Sequence record: DRR723986_6322
Direction: 5' to 3' (one strand)
DNA: 43,181 nt
The translations under genes and the position numbers were made by a program. Under the pieces are notes generated by a model. That model worked only from the letters and a program-made list of their open reading frames with translations. It was not told where the DNA came from and did no database searches. Below, piece after piece: positions 28,091-37,542 of this stretch (the stretch's first letter is position 1; each line of letters begins with the position of its first letter).

Positions 28091-28837
28091 CTACTGATCA
28101 AGGGGGGAGTTGTCTTTTTTCAAGGCTTTGTTCTTTTTCCGCCGCCGTGAGGTAAGATTGAGAAGCTCCACACCCAACGAGAAAGCCATAGCGAAGTAGA
28201 TATACCCTTTGGGGACATGGAAGCCCAAGCCTTCTGCCACAAGGAAAACACCGATCAACATGATGAAAGACAGAGCGAGAATTTTCAGTGTTGGGAAACG
28301 CTCTAGTATTTTAGAAATATAACCGCTGGAAAAAATCATTACAGCCATGGCAACTGTCATGGCGGCGATGATAACACCGATGACCTGTGTCAGGCCAATT
28401 GCTGTCATTACAGAGTCGAAAGAAAACACGAGGTCAATAAAGACAACTTGCACAACCACAGCGCCAAAGGTGCCAGCATAAGAGCCGAGAGCTTCTTTAT
28501 GATCGCCGGTTACTTCGTCATGAATGCTATTGGTTCCCTTGTATAGAAGGAAGCCGCCGCCCACTAACATCAATATGTCTTTGCCGGAGAGTTCTTCTCC
28601 GAGAATAGTTAACCAGGGTTCCTGAAGACCAATAATCCAAGCTACACCAAACAAGAGCGCAATGCGCATGACGAGAGCAAGGACAAGTCCTGTAATGCGG
28701 GCTTTTTCGCGCTGTTCGTCAGGCAGATTTTGAACCATCAGAGCCACGAAAACAACATTGTCGATACCGAGAATAATCTCTAGCGCTGATAGCGTTAGAA
28801 AACTGACCCAAATGTTATAGTCGGTTAGAAATTCCAT
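28091..28837 (-). CDS. TerC family membrane protein
   Basis: LEIILGIDN, DLVFSFDSVMTAIG, KGYIYFAMAFS. Confidence 0.93.
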   Translation of the reverse strand: MEFLTDYNIWVSFLTLSALEIILGIDNVVFVALMVQNLPDEQREKARITGLVLALVMRIALLFGVAWIIGLQEPWLTILGEELSGKDILMLVGGGFLLYKGTNSIHDEVTGDHKEALGSYAGTFGAVVVQVVFIDLVFSFDSVMTAIGLTQVIGVIIAAMTVAMAVMIFSSGYISKILERFPTLKILALSFIMLIGVFLVAEGLGFHVPKGYIYFAMAFSLGVELLNLTSRRRKKNKALKKDNSPLDQ

Positions 28838-28954
28838 GAGTTTCTCTCAAGTTTTCTCTGTTGCTTTCGGTATTAGTGCTGCCATGGCAATAATTATCGG
28901 CATATCACGCCCAAGCAAGAATGCCAGTATTTTTTGTCGGGGGGGCGCTTTTGT

Positions 28955-29983
28955 TTAGCGCGCCCTTACATGGGGCTTGGGAAATAATTCCAGATAGCGG
29001 TCCAGTGTCGGGGCTTCTAATCTGTCTGAACTATTCTCAGGTTCTGCCAGTACAATGCGCGCTATTTTGCCGTCCATAGAAATTTGTTTTTTCAGGGCAT
29101 CAAGACCGTCGAATTTTTGTTCGCTGCGCAAAAAGGCAACCAATTGAACCCTGAGGTGTTTGTTATAAATGTCTTGGTCAAAATCAAATAAGTGCACTTC
29201 TAGTAATACATCACGCTTGTCAAAGGTTGGGCGTTTGCCAATGTTTGCAACGCCGCTGAAAACCTGATCTGACCCCTCAACTGCCACCCTTACGGCGTAA
29301 ACACCCAGTTTCGGTTGAAGGCTTTCGCCCATTTCTACATTGGCGGTGGGGAACCCAATGGTGCGCCCACGTTGGTCGCCTTCGGTTACACGGCCATTAA
29401 TGCTCCACCAATGGCCGAGCAGTGCCGCCGCCTTGCGGGCTTGGCCGTCTTGCAGGGCTGTTCGCACTAAAGTTGACGAGTAGACATCGCCTGCATAGCC
29501 CTCAAGCCCAACTGTTACCGGCTGGATAACTGACAGGCCAAAGCCTTCCATGTCGCCCATGTAGCCTAGGACATCAGTGCCGCCGCCGCGCCCTTTGCCG
29601 AAACGGTAGTCGTAGCCCACACACACATGGAGCGCACCGATTGCCTTTACAAGAATGTTCTGCACAAAGTCTTGGGCGGCAAGGCCTGCAAGATTTTTGT
29701 CAAATGGCAAAACCAGCAACTGGTCAACGCCGAACGATTCGAGAAGTAACGCTCGTTCGCGGAACGGTGTAAGCCGGAAAGGAGCTGCTTTTGGTGCGAA
29801 AAAACTAACTGGATGTGGTTCCGTTACCACCACCGTTAGGTTTACGCCCATACTGCGTGCCAAACGTCCTGCTTCGCCGATAACTACCTGATGCCCACGG
29901 TGAAACCCATCGAAGTTACCCAGTGCAACCACAGCACCACGATCGTTCTGAGTGTATTCATCAGGATGGCGAAAAACACGCAC
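28955..29983 (-). CDS. ribF: Bifunctional riboflavin kinase/FAD synthetase
   Basis: GNFDGFHRGH, SSTLVR, GRTIGFPTAN, NIGKRPT, LEVHLFDF. Confidence 0.97.
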   Translation of the reverse strand: MRVFRHPDEYTQNDRGAVVALGNFDGFHRGHQVVIGEAGRLARSMGVNLTVVVTEPHPVSFFAPKAAPFRLTPFRERALLLESFGVDQLLVLPFDKNLAGLAAQDFVQNILVKAIGALHVCVGYDYRFGKGRGGGTDVLGYMGDMEGFGLSVIQPVTVGLEGYAGDVYSSTLVRTALQDGQARKAAALLGHWWSINGRVTEGDQRGRTIGFPTANVEMGESLQPKLGVYAVRVAVEGSDQVFSGVANIGKRPTFDKRDVLLEVHLFDFDQDIYNKHLRVQLVAFLRSEQKFDGLDALKKQISMDGKIARIVLAEPENSSDRLEAPTLDRYLELFPKPHVRAR

Positions 29984-30269
29984 GATATGCTGGTCCCTAT
30001 GTGGATAGTTAAGCGAAAAATAAATTATGTCAGCGCTGATACACCAACAGACCCGTATCGAACAACCATTAATCTATACACGAAAATGCGAACAGTTGTT
30101 GAAGGAGGTGGTTACCTAAAGCTGGAGAAATGTTTGGATATTCACGCCGGATGGGTTAACCAATTCTTCACTACATCGGGTCTAGTGTCCGGTTTAGGCA
30201 TAGGGTGCTGGGTTTTCTATATGCAAGGCCCAGCAAATTGAAAGTTATTCAAAAGTTTGAGGAAAAATT

Positions 30270-30656
30270 ATGGCCGTTGATATGGACATGCCGATCCTGA
30301 TCGTCGACGACTACAAAACGATGTTGCGTATAGTACGCAACCTGTTGAAGCAACTTGGTTTCAATAATGTAGATGAAGCAACTGACGGTGCTATGGCGCT
30401 GGAAAAATCACGGGCACGGCCATATGGGCTGATCATTTCTGATTGGAATATGGAGCCAATGACCGGATATGAGTTTCTGAAAGAAGTACGTGCCGACAAT
30501 CAGCTTAAAAACACACCGTTCATAATGGTGACGGCAGAGTCAAAAACTGAAAATGTTGTGGCGGCGAAAAAAGCTGGTGTGAATAATTACATTGTAAAGC
30601 CATTTAACGCCGCAACGCTAAAAGCCAAACTGGTTGCCGTTCTCGGAGATTTTTAA
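30270..30656 (+). CDS. cheY: Chemotaxis response regulator CheY
   Basis: ILIVDD, ISDWNMEPMTG, MVTAE, YIVKPF. Confidence 0.95.
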   Translation: MAVDMDMPILIVDDYKTMLRIVRNLLKQLGFNNVDEATDGAMALEKSRARPYGLIISDWNMEPMTGYEFLKEVRADNQLKNTPFIMVTAESKTENVVAAKKAGVNNYIVKPFNAATLKAKLVAVLGDF

Positions 30657-31426
30657 TGGCAGACGGAAGCCTTTCCGAACAAATAGGGATGCTTGTAGAT
30701 AACTTACGCAAGCAAGATACTGCGACCATGTCTTTAACAGACGTTGCGTCGGTGACAGAAGTGCTGATCAGCACAACCAATAAATTTCATAAGTCTATCG
30801 ATACCTCTATTTACCGGGAATGCCGCGCGCTGAGCGACTATATTACCAATGCACGTAAAGAAATTGCTTCCTTGCAACCCGTCGATTTGGAAAGCGCGCG
30901 CATACCACGGGCAGGGCTTGAATTGGATGCGATTGTTCAGCAAACCGAGGAAGCAACCAACACAATTATGGCAGCGGCCGAAGAGATTATGGGCGCGGAC
31001 ACCACAAACCCTGAAGCGTATCAAGCCACTACAAATGACGCAGTGATGCGCATATTCGAGGCCTGCTCGTTTCAAGATATTACCGGTCAGAGAATTTCAA
31101 AGGTGGTGCAAACTTTGGCCCATATTGAAGAACGGGTTCTGGAACTGCGTAATTTAATGGGTATTACGGCGGAAGATATTAAAGAAGCAATGACTGACGA
31201 GCAGCAGCAAAGCGATACATCTCTTTTGTCCGGGCCAGCGCTTGAAGGCGAGGGGATAGACCAAAATGCTGTTGATCAGTTGATGGATGATGCGCCCTTG
31301 CATGAATCAACATCAGACGACGGTGCAAAGAAAGCCTCGTCAAAGGGAAAAGCAAAAGCCAGTGCCGCTGATGCTTCTATCGCCGATGATATCAGTCAGG
31401 ATGATATTGACGCTTTATTTGGCTGA
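30656..31426 (+). CDS. cheZ: Alphaproteobacterial CheZ phosphatase
   Basis: ELDAIVQQTEEATNTIM, FEACSFQDITGQRISKVV, C-terminal SQDDIDALF; TAATG coupling to cheY. Confidence 0.92.
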   Translation: MADGSLSEQIGMLVDNLRKQDTATMSLTDVASVTEVLISTTNKFHKSIDTSIYRECRALSDYITNARKEIASLQPVDLESARIPRAGLELDAIVQQTEEATNTIMAAAEEIMGADTTNPEAYQATTNDAVMRIFEACSFQDITGQRISKVVQTLAHIEERVLELRNLMGITAEDIKEAMTDEQQQSDTSLLSGPALEGEGIDQNAVDQLMDDAPLHESTSDDGAKKASSKGKAKASAADASIADDISQDDIDALFG

Positions 31427-31439
31427 GCTTGAATTAAAA

Positions 31440-32345
31440 TTACCAAATCAATTTATGCATGATCCAGTTTGGAACAGGTTTTCCGTTGCCGTATATGCGG
31501 TAAAAATCTGTGTGCCTAAGCGTATGGTTTTTAAAGGCCGCTTCTGTCGCGTGCCATTCATCCCGGTGAATGCCGCCTGCAATTAGGAGGCTTTGATACC
31601 CCGCGGCATGCGCCCCGGCGATGTCGGTCTGTAGGCTATCACCGATCATGACAACTTTGTTGGCGGCGACGCTTTTCAATTGTGCTTCATTAAGGCACGC
31701 GTGAAGCGCTTCAGCTACGGGTTTGCCAAACCATCTCACTGGCCCGTCCATGGATTCGTATAGGTCGGCCACAGCGCCAGCGCACGCATACAGCTTTTCG
31801 CCCACATGCACGACCCTGTCAGGATTGGCGCACAATAATGGCACACTGCGGTCGCGCGCTTTGGCCAAAAGCGGGCGGTGTTTTTCAATGTCTTGGTAGT
31901 CCAGGTCTGTTGCGAGGATGACCTCGGCTTCATCCGGGTGCTGCACTAGGTCAACGGGCAGGCCTTCAACAGTGTTGTGATCGCTTTCCGGGCCCAGATG
32001 GTATAGTTTCGCACCGCCATAGTCGTTGCGCACAGCATCGCGGGCAAGGCCCCCTGACGTAACAATTAGGTCTGTTAATTGTTCTGGCATGCCCATGCCA
32101 AGTAGCATGTCGCGGACATGATACCGCGGCCGCGGTGCGTTAGACAGGAACACGCTGGCTTTGCCCGCTGCCCGCAAGCGCATGAGGGCGTCAATGGCAT
32201 TGGCATCAGCCTTTATGCCATTGTGCATGACACCCCATAGATCACAGATTACCAGGTCAATTTGCTCTACGAGTCCGGATAAAGCCTGTTGGTGCATAAT
32301 ATGCGTGCCCGTATCAGCACTTATTGCAGAAACTGTTGAGTTCAT
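31440..32345 (-). CDS. HAD hydrolase subfamily IIA (TIGR01459-like)
   Basis: CDLWGVMHNG, LSNAPRP, CANPD, GKP, IGDSLQTDI, GGIH. Confidence 0.92.
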   Translation of the reverse strand: MNSTVSAISADTGTHIMHQQALSGLVEQIDLVICDLWGVMHNGIKADANAIDALMRLRAAGKASVFLSNAPRPRYHVRDMLLGMGMPEQLTDLIVTSGGLARDAVRNDYGGAKLYHLGPESDHNTVEGLPVDLVQHPDEAEVILATDLDYQDIEKHRPLLAKARDRSVPLLCANPDRVVHVGEKLYACAGAVADLYESMDGPVRWFGKPVAEALHACLNEAQLKSVAANKVVMIGDSLQTDIAGAHAAGYQSLLIAGGIHRDEWHATEAAFKNHTLRHTDFYRIYGNGKPVPNWIMHKLIW

Positions 32346-32406
32346 GATTTTTGTGGTGCTTTCGCAGAAAAGTTAGGCCTCAGAATTCTAACCGTATAGC
32401 AATTGA

Positions 32407-33921
32407 TCAGAGATCAGTGTCCATATCGTCAGATGCTGTAGGTTCGCCGAACAGATAGCCCTGTGCAAGCTCAATTTGACTGTCCAGCGTTTCGATAACC
32501 ATTTCTTCGGTTTCGATTTTGCTGGCAACCAGCTGCATACCGCGTTGGTTTAAATAGGCTGTTTGGTCTTCAATGTCGCCCGGTTCCGGGTTTGCGGCCA
32601 GAATATCGCTGATATCAGCTTTGATATATTTGAAATGGCTGCGTTCAAGTTCAATGAAGTCCTGTTCGAAGTCGGTGACCATATCCATGGAGAAAGCGAA
32701 GCCTTTTTTGCCCAAAAGGCGCAACCGTTCTTTCGTCTCATCTTCCAAAGACAGATAATCGTCTTGCGAAATTTCAAATACCATTCGGTTGGCGAACTCG
32801 TCGTTTGAGATCATGAAATCAATGAATTGCGGTAAAAACTCGTTATCAGATATGGAATAGCGCGACATATTCAGGAAAAAACGCACGTCAGGGCGGCGTT
32901 TGCCTAGGCGCCGCACAAGTTGCACCAACCGGAACATTAGCAGGTTGTCTATGGTGCTGATCAGCCCTTTTGTTTCTGCCACTTTCAGGTACTGGCGCGG
33001 CAGCACCACGCGTCCTTCTTCATCGCGAACCCTTGAGAAACATTCAAAATGAGAAGTTTTGCGGGATGGTAACGAGACAATAGTCTGCAAATAAAGATCA
33101 ACCCGGTTTTCAGAAAGTGCCTGTTTGATAACAGATAAAAGTTGGTCTTCCCGTTTGATAAGCCGAATGGGTGCCCGTGGCTTTTTGGGTATAGCATTAT
33201 TCCGTATCGTAGGTGTTTTCTTGTTCAGCTCGTCTTCTTGCGGTGGTATAGCTTTTTTTGAAACGGGTTCGAGTTCTTCGGTATTGCCTTTTGGCGTGCC
33301 GATGGGTCTTAAGCCTGATGGCTCGGAGGGCACGTGTTGGCTATTGTCATTCACGCCTTGCTGGGTATTTTCGCCCTTTTCACCCTCTGTGCTAGCATCA
33401 TCGATCACTACCAGCGCGGCTTCTTCCGGGGCTAACCCTAATTCTTCAATTTCCTCGGCAGTCATCTGGTCTTCTGGTTCAAGCTGGTCTTCTGGTTCGG
33501 GAGTAACAGGTGTGGTACTTGCTATTTTCTTAGCAGTGCTTGATTTTACGCCCTGAGTTTCCTTTTGCATGACTTGCAACAAAAACTCCTGCAGTGTTTT
33601 TAATTCGCTAACCAGTTTTTTATCTTTTTCATCGCCCTTTTCTGATTGTTCGCTGACCAACGCCTGAAGGTCTGCAACGTCTTTCCGCAACTGAAGGACA
33701 AACTTTTCAATTTCCTCAACTCGGTGCATGTCTATGGCATCACCAGCGTTTTTTTTGCCGTTGAAGAAAGATAGTTGTACTTGCCAGGCAATAATGAAAA
33801 CGGCGACACCAGCTAACGGGGCACCAGAGGTTGTCAGCTCAAAAAAGGCAAGGGCAGCCGCGGTGCCTGTGCCAAAAGCGGCATAGCAAATAATCATCAA
33901 AATCTGAGTTACAGCGCTCAT
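32407..33921 (-). CDS. tipF: TipF-like membrane-anchored degenerate EAL protein
   Basis: Two N-terminal TM segments, coiled coil, acidic linker, EAL domain with ECF in place of EAL; adjacent to the TIGR01459 HAD gene. ATG 33921 chosen. Confidence 0.75.
   Translation of the reverse strand: MSAVTQILMIICYAAFGTGTAAALAFFELTTSGAPLAGVAVFIIAWQVQLSFFNGKKNAGDAIDMHRVEEIEKFVLQLRKDVADLQALVSEQSEKGDEKDKKLVSELKTLQEFLLQVMQKETQGVKSSTAKKIASTTPVTPEPEDQLEPEDQMTAEEIEELGLAPEEAALVVIDDASTEGEKGENTQQGVNDNSQHVPSEPSGLRPIGTPKGNTEELEPVSKKAIPPQEDELNKKTPTIRNNAIPKKPRAPIRLIKREDQLLSVIKQALSENRVDLYLQTIVSLPSRKTSHFECFSRVRDEEGRVVLPRQYLKVAETKGLISTIDNLLMFRLVQLVRRLGKRRPDVRFFLNMSRYSISDNEFLPQFIDFMISNDEFANRMVFEISQDDYLSLEDETKERLRLLGKKGFAFSMDMVTDFEQDFIELERSHFKYIKADISDILAANPEPGDIEDQTAYLNQRGMQLVASKIETEEMVIETLDSQIELAQGYLFGEPTASDDMDTDL
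33466..33498. repeat. Short intragenic tandem duplication (EPEDQ x2)
   Basis: CTGGTCTTCTGGTTC at 33466-33480 and 33484-33498, 18-nt period. Confidence 0.8.
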
Positions 33922-34140
33922 GGTCGCGGGTATCTTTCTAAACTGTTTAACGAGCGCTGGACGTCTAATCCCTTTAAAGTACGGGGTGTATAAGTCAGCT
34001 ATCGCCAATATGCTGACATATTGCCTGAATATGGTTAACACTTTGTAATGGAATTTTTTCAGGTTTCCCTTACATTATGGTAAGTTATTACACGGATCGA
34101 GAGGGCGAAAGCCCGCAGTTTTCATCGAGGGAGTAGGCTG

Positions 34141-34863
34141 ATGAAGAAGTTTTTACTGGGCATTGTGGTTCTTGTTGGCATCATCGGCGTGGTGGTGGTC
34201 ACCCAGTTAGACGCCATGATAAAGTCAGGTGTTGAAACAGCCGGTCCTGAAGTTTTGTCGGTAGATGTTTCTGTTGGTAGTGTATCCATTTCGCCATTGA
34301 GCGGCACCGTGGAGGTAACGGACTTTGCCATTGGCCAGCCAAATGGTTTTGGTGATGGCCCTATGGTGCAGCTCGGCGAATTCAAGATGAAAGTTGAACC
34401 CGCCACTTTGATGGATGACCACGTTATTGTGGACGAGATTGTTATTGACCGTCCCTTGTTTGATGCCCGGATGATTGGCAGCGACTCTAATTTTCAGGCG
34501 TTACAAAGAAAATTGATGGAAGGCGCAGACAGTGAAACTGTTGGTGGCCAGCCGATAACACTTACTATTCGCAGTTTGGCGGTTAAGTCGCCGCAAATTT
34601 CTGTGCAGAAAGACGGTATGTTAAGCGTTGATGAAGATATTGCGCTGGCGGACTTCACCCTTACCGACCTTGGCACTGACGAAAAGGGTTTGTCTCCCCG
34701 CGAGATCGCCCGCCATATGATGGACACGCTGCAGCCTCAAATCACTAAAGCACTTATCACTGCGGGTGCGAGCGATAAATTGCAATCTATCGCAAAGGGC
34801 GCGCGCGGTGAACTGGAAGAAAAAGCCGGTAGCATTTTGAAGAAGTTGCGAAAAAAGAACTAA
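34141..34863 (+). CDS. AsmA-like/DUF748-like membrane-anchored protein
   Basis: N-terminal TM anchor; beta-rich V.V.SVSISPLSG.VEV..F.I.QP.GF; SNF motif. Confidence 0.7.
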   Translation: MKKFLLGIVVLVGIIGVVVVTQLDAMIKSGVETAGPEVLSVDVSVGSVSISPLSGTVEVTDFAIGQPNGFGDGPMVQLGEFKMKVEPATLMDDHVIVDEIVIDRPLFDARMIGSDSNFQALQRKLMEGADSETVGGQPITLTIRSLAVKSPQISVQKDGMLSVDEDIALADFTLTDLGTDEKGLSPREIARHMMDTLQPQITKALITAGASDKLQSIAKGARGELEEKAGSILKKLRKKN

Positions 34864-34908
34864 TTCGGGCTTGTTGAGTAAGTATGAAACCAAATAGCAT
34901 TTGATTTA

Positions 34909-34924
34909 TGGACGCATCGGTCCA
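34909..34924. promoter_or_regulatory. Operator-like palindrome upstream of SCP2 gene
   Basis: TGGACGCATCGGTCCA, 13/16 identical to the perfect palindrome at 37987-38002. Confidence 0.6.
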
Positions 34925-34972
34925 ATATTCATGACCATGCCTTAGTTTTTGGCATCCTTAACGGAGATCACT

Positions 34973-35272
34973 ATGAACCTTGAAGAAATTACTGAAGAAA
35001 TGCGCACCCGTGTTGGTGCTCACTCGCCCATATCCGCGGTTATCAAGTTTGATTTTGGCGATGACGGCGTGGTTAGAATAGATGGTAAATCGTCACCAAC
35101 TGTTATTGATAACGAAGACAGTGATGCTGATTGCACTGTTAAGGTGACCATCGAAAACTTTTTGAAGATCGCTAAGGGCGACTTGAATCCGCAAATGGCG
35201 TTCATGACCGGGAAAATCCGGGTGGAAGGCGACATGAGCCTGGCGCTGCAGTTAGGTTCTATTCTAGGCTAG
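34973..35272 (+). CDS. SCP2 sterol/acyl-binding domain protein
   Basis: GGAG RBS before ATG 34973; G.LNPQMAFMTGKIRVEGDMSLA. Confidence 0.92.
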   Translation: MNLEEITEEMRTRVGAHSPISAVIKFDFGDDGVVRIDGKSSPTVIDNEDSDADCTVKVTIENFLKIAKGDLNPQMAFMTGKIRVEGDMSLALQLGSILG

Positions 35273-35303
35273 TGCTAGCCTGCGTTCAAAGAAAGGGCCA
35301 TCG

Positions 35304-35840
35304 ATGTTAGACCGTTTTCGTTCAATAGTCGTTGGCCTGAGTGTAATTGTTCTCGTCGTGTTGATCAGCCTGTATTTGGTTGTCCAAATTGGTGGTGGGG
35401 AAGATATTTTCGGTGAAAGTGAAGGCACTCTTGCCCCGGTAGATTTCGCCCAGTTAAACTATAATGCTGATGACACAGGGTATCTTTTGTGCCCGGTTGA
35501 TGATTGCGGCCAAGCTGTGCCGGACGGGCCTTCACCAGTTTTTGAAGTTGGACAAAACCGCCTTCGCCAGCTTTTCATCGATTTTGCAGACACCAACCCC
35601 ACTGTAGATACTTTCCGGTTTGATCTACGCACCAATCAATTCGATTTCACCGAAAAAATGCCGGGACAACCGTTTCCTGCGGTTGTTACGGTTAAAATTA
35701 TCGCTGTTGATGACTATAGTTCAACGGCGTCCATATACAGCCGCCAGCCGGTTGGCAGCAGCGAAAAGTCGGATCATATGGAACGGGTAACTCGGTGGTT
35801 AAGGGTTCTGCTTGAAACCACAAACGGGACTGCCAATTAA
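35304..35840 (+). CDS. DUF1499-like membrane-anchored protein
   Basis: TM anchor; YLLCP..C; IYSR..VG; ERVTRW. Confidence 0.7.
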   Translation: MLDRFRSIVVGLSVIVLVVLISLYLVVQIGGGEDIFGESEGTLAPVDFAQLNYNADDTGYLLCPVDDCGQAVPDGPSPVFEVGQNRLRQLFIDFADTNPTVDTFRFDLRTNQFDFTEKMPGQPFPAVVTVKIIAVDDYSSTASIYSRQPVGSSEKSDHMERVTRWLRVLLETTNGTAN

Positions 35841-35933
35841 ACGGTTTTCTCTATTAAATTCATGGTAAAATAATATTGCCTAGGCGGAGAATGCGCGGCA
35901 GACAGTGCGGGTGCCGGGCAAAAAACTTACTTA

Positions 35934-36341
35934 TTATGCGGTCGTTTTACCCGTTGCATCCGTGGTTGTACCGCCCGTTAATACAGACAACCCCATCGTT
36001 TCAATAACGCTGGTCTGCGATTGCGCGTAGCGATTTAAGGCTTTGCCGAGAATTGATTTATCCGCAACCAATGATAGGTTTTCCTGCGTGCGTGTTTCGG
36101 CCAAGAGCAGCTGGCTGCTGGTTGATAGCATGCCGTTTCCGGGTTCGGCCACCTGTGTTTGCGGTGGGATAGACTCAGGGCTATTATTTGAGCTGACAGC
36201 GTTTGGGAACACGGGTTCATTGGATGTGTGCGCCGACAATCGGCCCAGCACATCAGAACGAGAGCGTGAGGAAGCCCCACCAGATTGTACCGGTGTTCTA
36301 CTGCCAGCAACGCTGCCTGCTGCTATTGATCCATCTGCCAT
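35934..36341 (-). CDS. Hypothetical protein (S/T/G-rich, largely disordered)
   Basis: ATG-started 135-aa ORF preceded by a perfect CtrA box; no recognised family. Confidence 0.6.
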   Translation of the reverse strand: MADGSIAAGSVAGSRTPVQSGGASSRSRSDVLGRLSAHTSNEPVFPNAVSSNNSPESIPPQTQVAEPGNGMLSTSSQLLLAETRTQENLSLVADKSILGKALNRYAQSQTSVIETMGLSVLTGGTTTDATGKTTA

Positions 36342-36395
36342 ATGGCACCCATTAATTACCCACGGTCAACCTACACACAGACAATTAAAAGACCG

Positions 36396-36411
36396 GTTAA
36401 CAAATACTTAA
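36396..36411 (-). promoter_or_regulatory. CtrA binding site
   Basis: Minus strand TTAA-GTATTTG-TTAAC, an exact TTAA-N7-TTAAC match. Confidence 0.7.
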
Positions 36412-36653
36412 AATTTTATCTATTTGAAGAAAACGCCCAAAAATAGCGCGTGGAGACTGCCCATGCGCCTTCACTACTGTCGGCTAAATACGACTAAGCC
36501 AGAGCATTAAGCCATATTCCTGACTAGAAAGCAGCACAACCATGTGCTATCGCTCGCTTCAAAGGCGGTAATATGATCCATTGACCGGTTCTGATGGAGC
36601 CATCAATTATCCTCATACCGCAGTCGTTAACTTAGAATGAGTAGTTACCCGTT

Positions 36654-37433
36654 ATGGATACCAATACGCTCGCAATTTATATTCATGAACTTCGCAATCA
36701 GTGCCTGCATACAGAGGCGTCTTTCGAATTATTCAATCAGGCAATGAACAGTAAAACAGGCCCGGGCGTATTGTTCGCCAGCCAAATCGTTTTAGTGCCA
36801 GCAAGCCAGTTGGCTGCGCTTCTTTGGCCAACCCGTGCTCGTTCGCGAGGTCGCGGTGAGGCGCTTCGCAAAGCGTTGCAGCTGCAAGAAAAGCATCCGT
36901 TGAATGATCGTCGCCTTGCTGAACTGTGGGAACGCACGGACCAGAAAACGGATGAATGGGTTGCTGCAACAAAAGGGCAGCAGGTTGTTTTTGATTATGT
37001 CGGTGACTTGAAAGATTTAGGCGAAGGCAACACGCCTGAAAATTGCATTTACCGGGCCTATAACACGGCTACCCGTGTGTTTTATTTCCAGGGTGTTGGC
37101 TATAACTTGCAAGCTATCGCTGATGCTATTGCAGACGTGACAGGCCGTGTTAATGGCATTTACCGCCAAATGTTCCCTGATTTAGCGAAAGCAGATGATG
37201 AGGCGCGGGCAAAAGCGCAGGCGGCTCAACAAGCTGCCGCTAACCAAGTGCAAGCTGAAGCGACACCTCTGGGGGACGCTGCTCCTAAGCCAGCTGTTAA
37301 AAAGCCTGCTGCAAAGAAAGCGCCAGCGAAAAAAGCGGCACCTAAGAAACCAGCGCCCAAGAAAGCACCGGCAAAAAAAGCAACAGCAAAAAAGCCAGCC
37401 GCAAAGAAAGCAACAAAGCCTAAAGCCAAGTAA
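36654..37433 (+). CDS. Hypothetical protein: helical HEPN-like N-terminal domain plus histone H1-like Lys/Ala/Pro tail
   Basis: Eight KK(A/P)xx pentapeptide units at the C-terminus (37284-37430); N-terminal pattern YIHELRNQC..LLWP..RGEALR..HPL. Confidence 0.8.
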   Translation: MDTNTLAIYIHELRNQCLHTEASFELFNQAMNSKTGPGVLFASQIVLVPASQLAALLWPTRARSRGRGEALRKALQLQEKHPLNDRRLAELWERTDQKTDEWVAATKGQQVVFDYVGDLKDLGEGNTPENCIYRAYNTATRVFYFQGVGYNLQAIADAIADVTGRVNGIYRQMFPDLAKADDEARAKAQAAQQAAANQVQAEATPLGDAAPKPAVKKPAAKKAPAKKAAPKKPAPKKAPAKKATAKKPAAKKATKPKAK

Positions 37434-37542
37434 CTAAAATACATTGCAGCTTTAGGCATGGACATAATTTAGGTCCGTTTGCCAAACAGCGTTAAATTTT
37501 GTAAAATGCAACGGCTAAATGGTGTTGAGTGAAGGTTAATTT

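Noticed and set aside
28838-28954. yybP-ykoY Mn riboswitch or sigma54 promoter before terC
   Set aside because: No GGGGAGUA core, and the TGGCA/TTGC spacing is wrong for sigma54.
35854-35868. TTAA-N7-GTAA CtrA-like site
   Set aside because: Lies between convergent genes with no evident target, and a chance match is likely in AT-rich DNA.
37195-37465. Arg/Lys-rich and Phe/Ala-rich ORFs over the H1-like tail
   Set aside because: Alternative-frame and antisense by-products of the KKAPA repeat.
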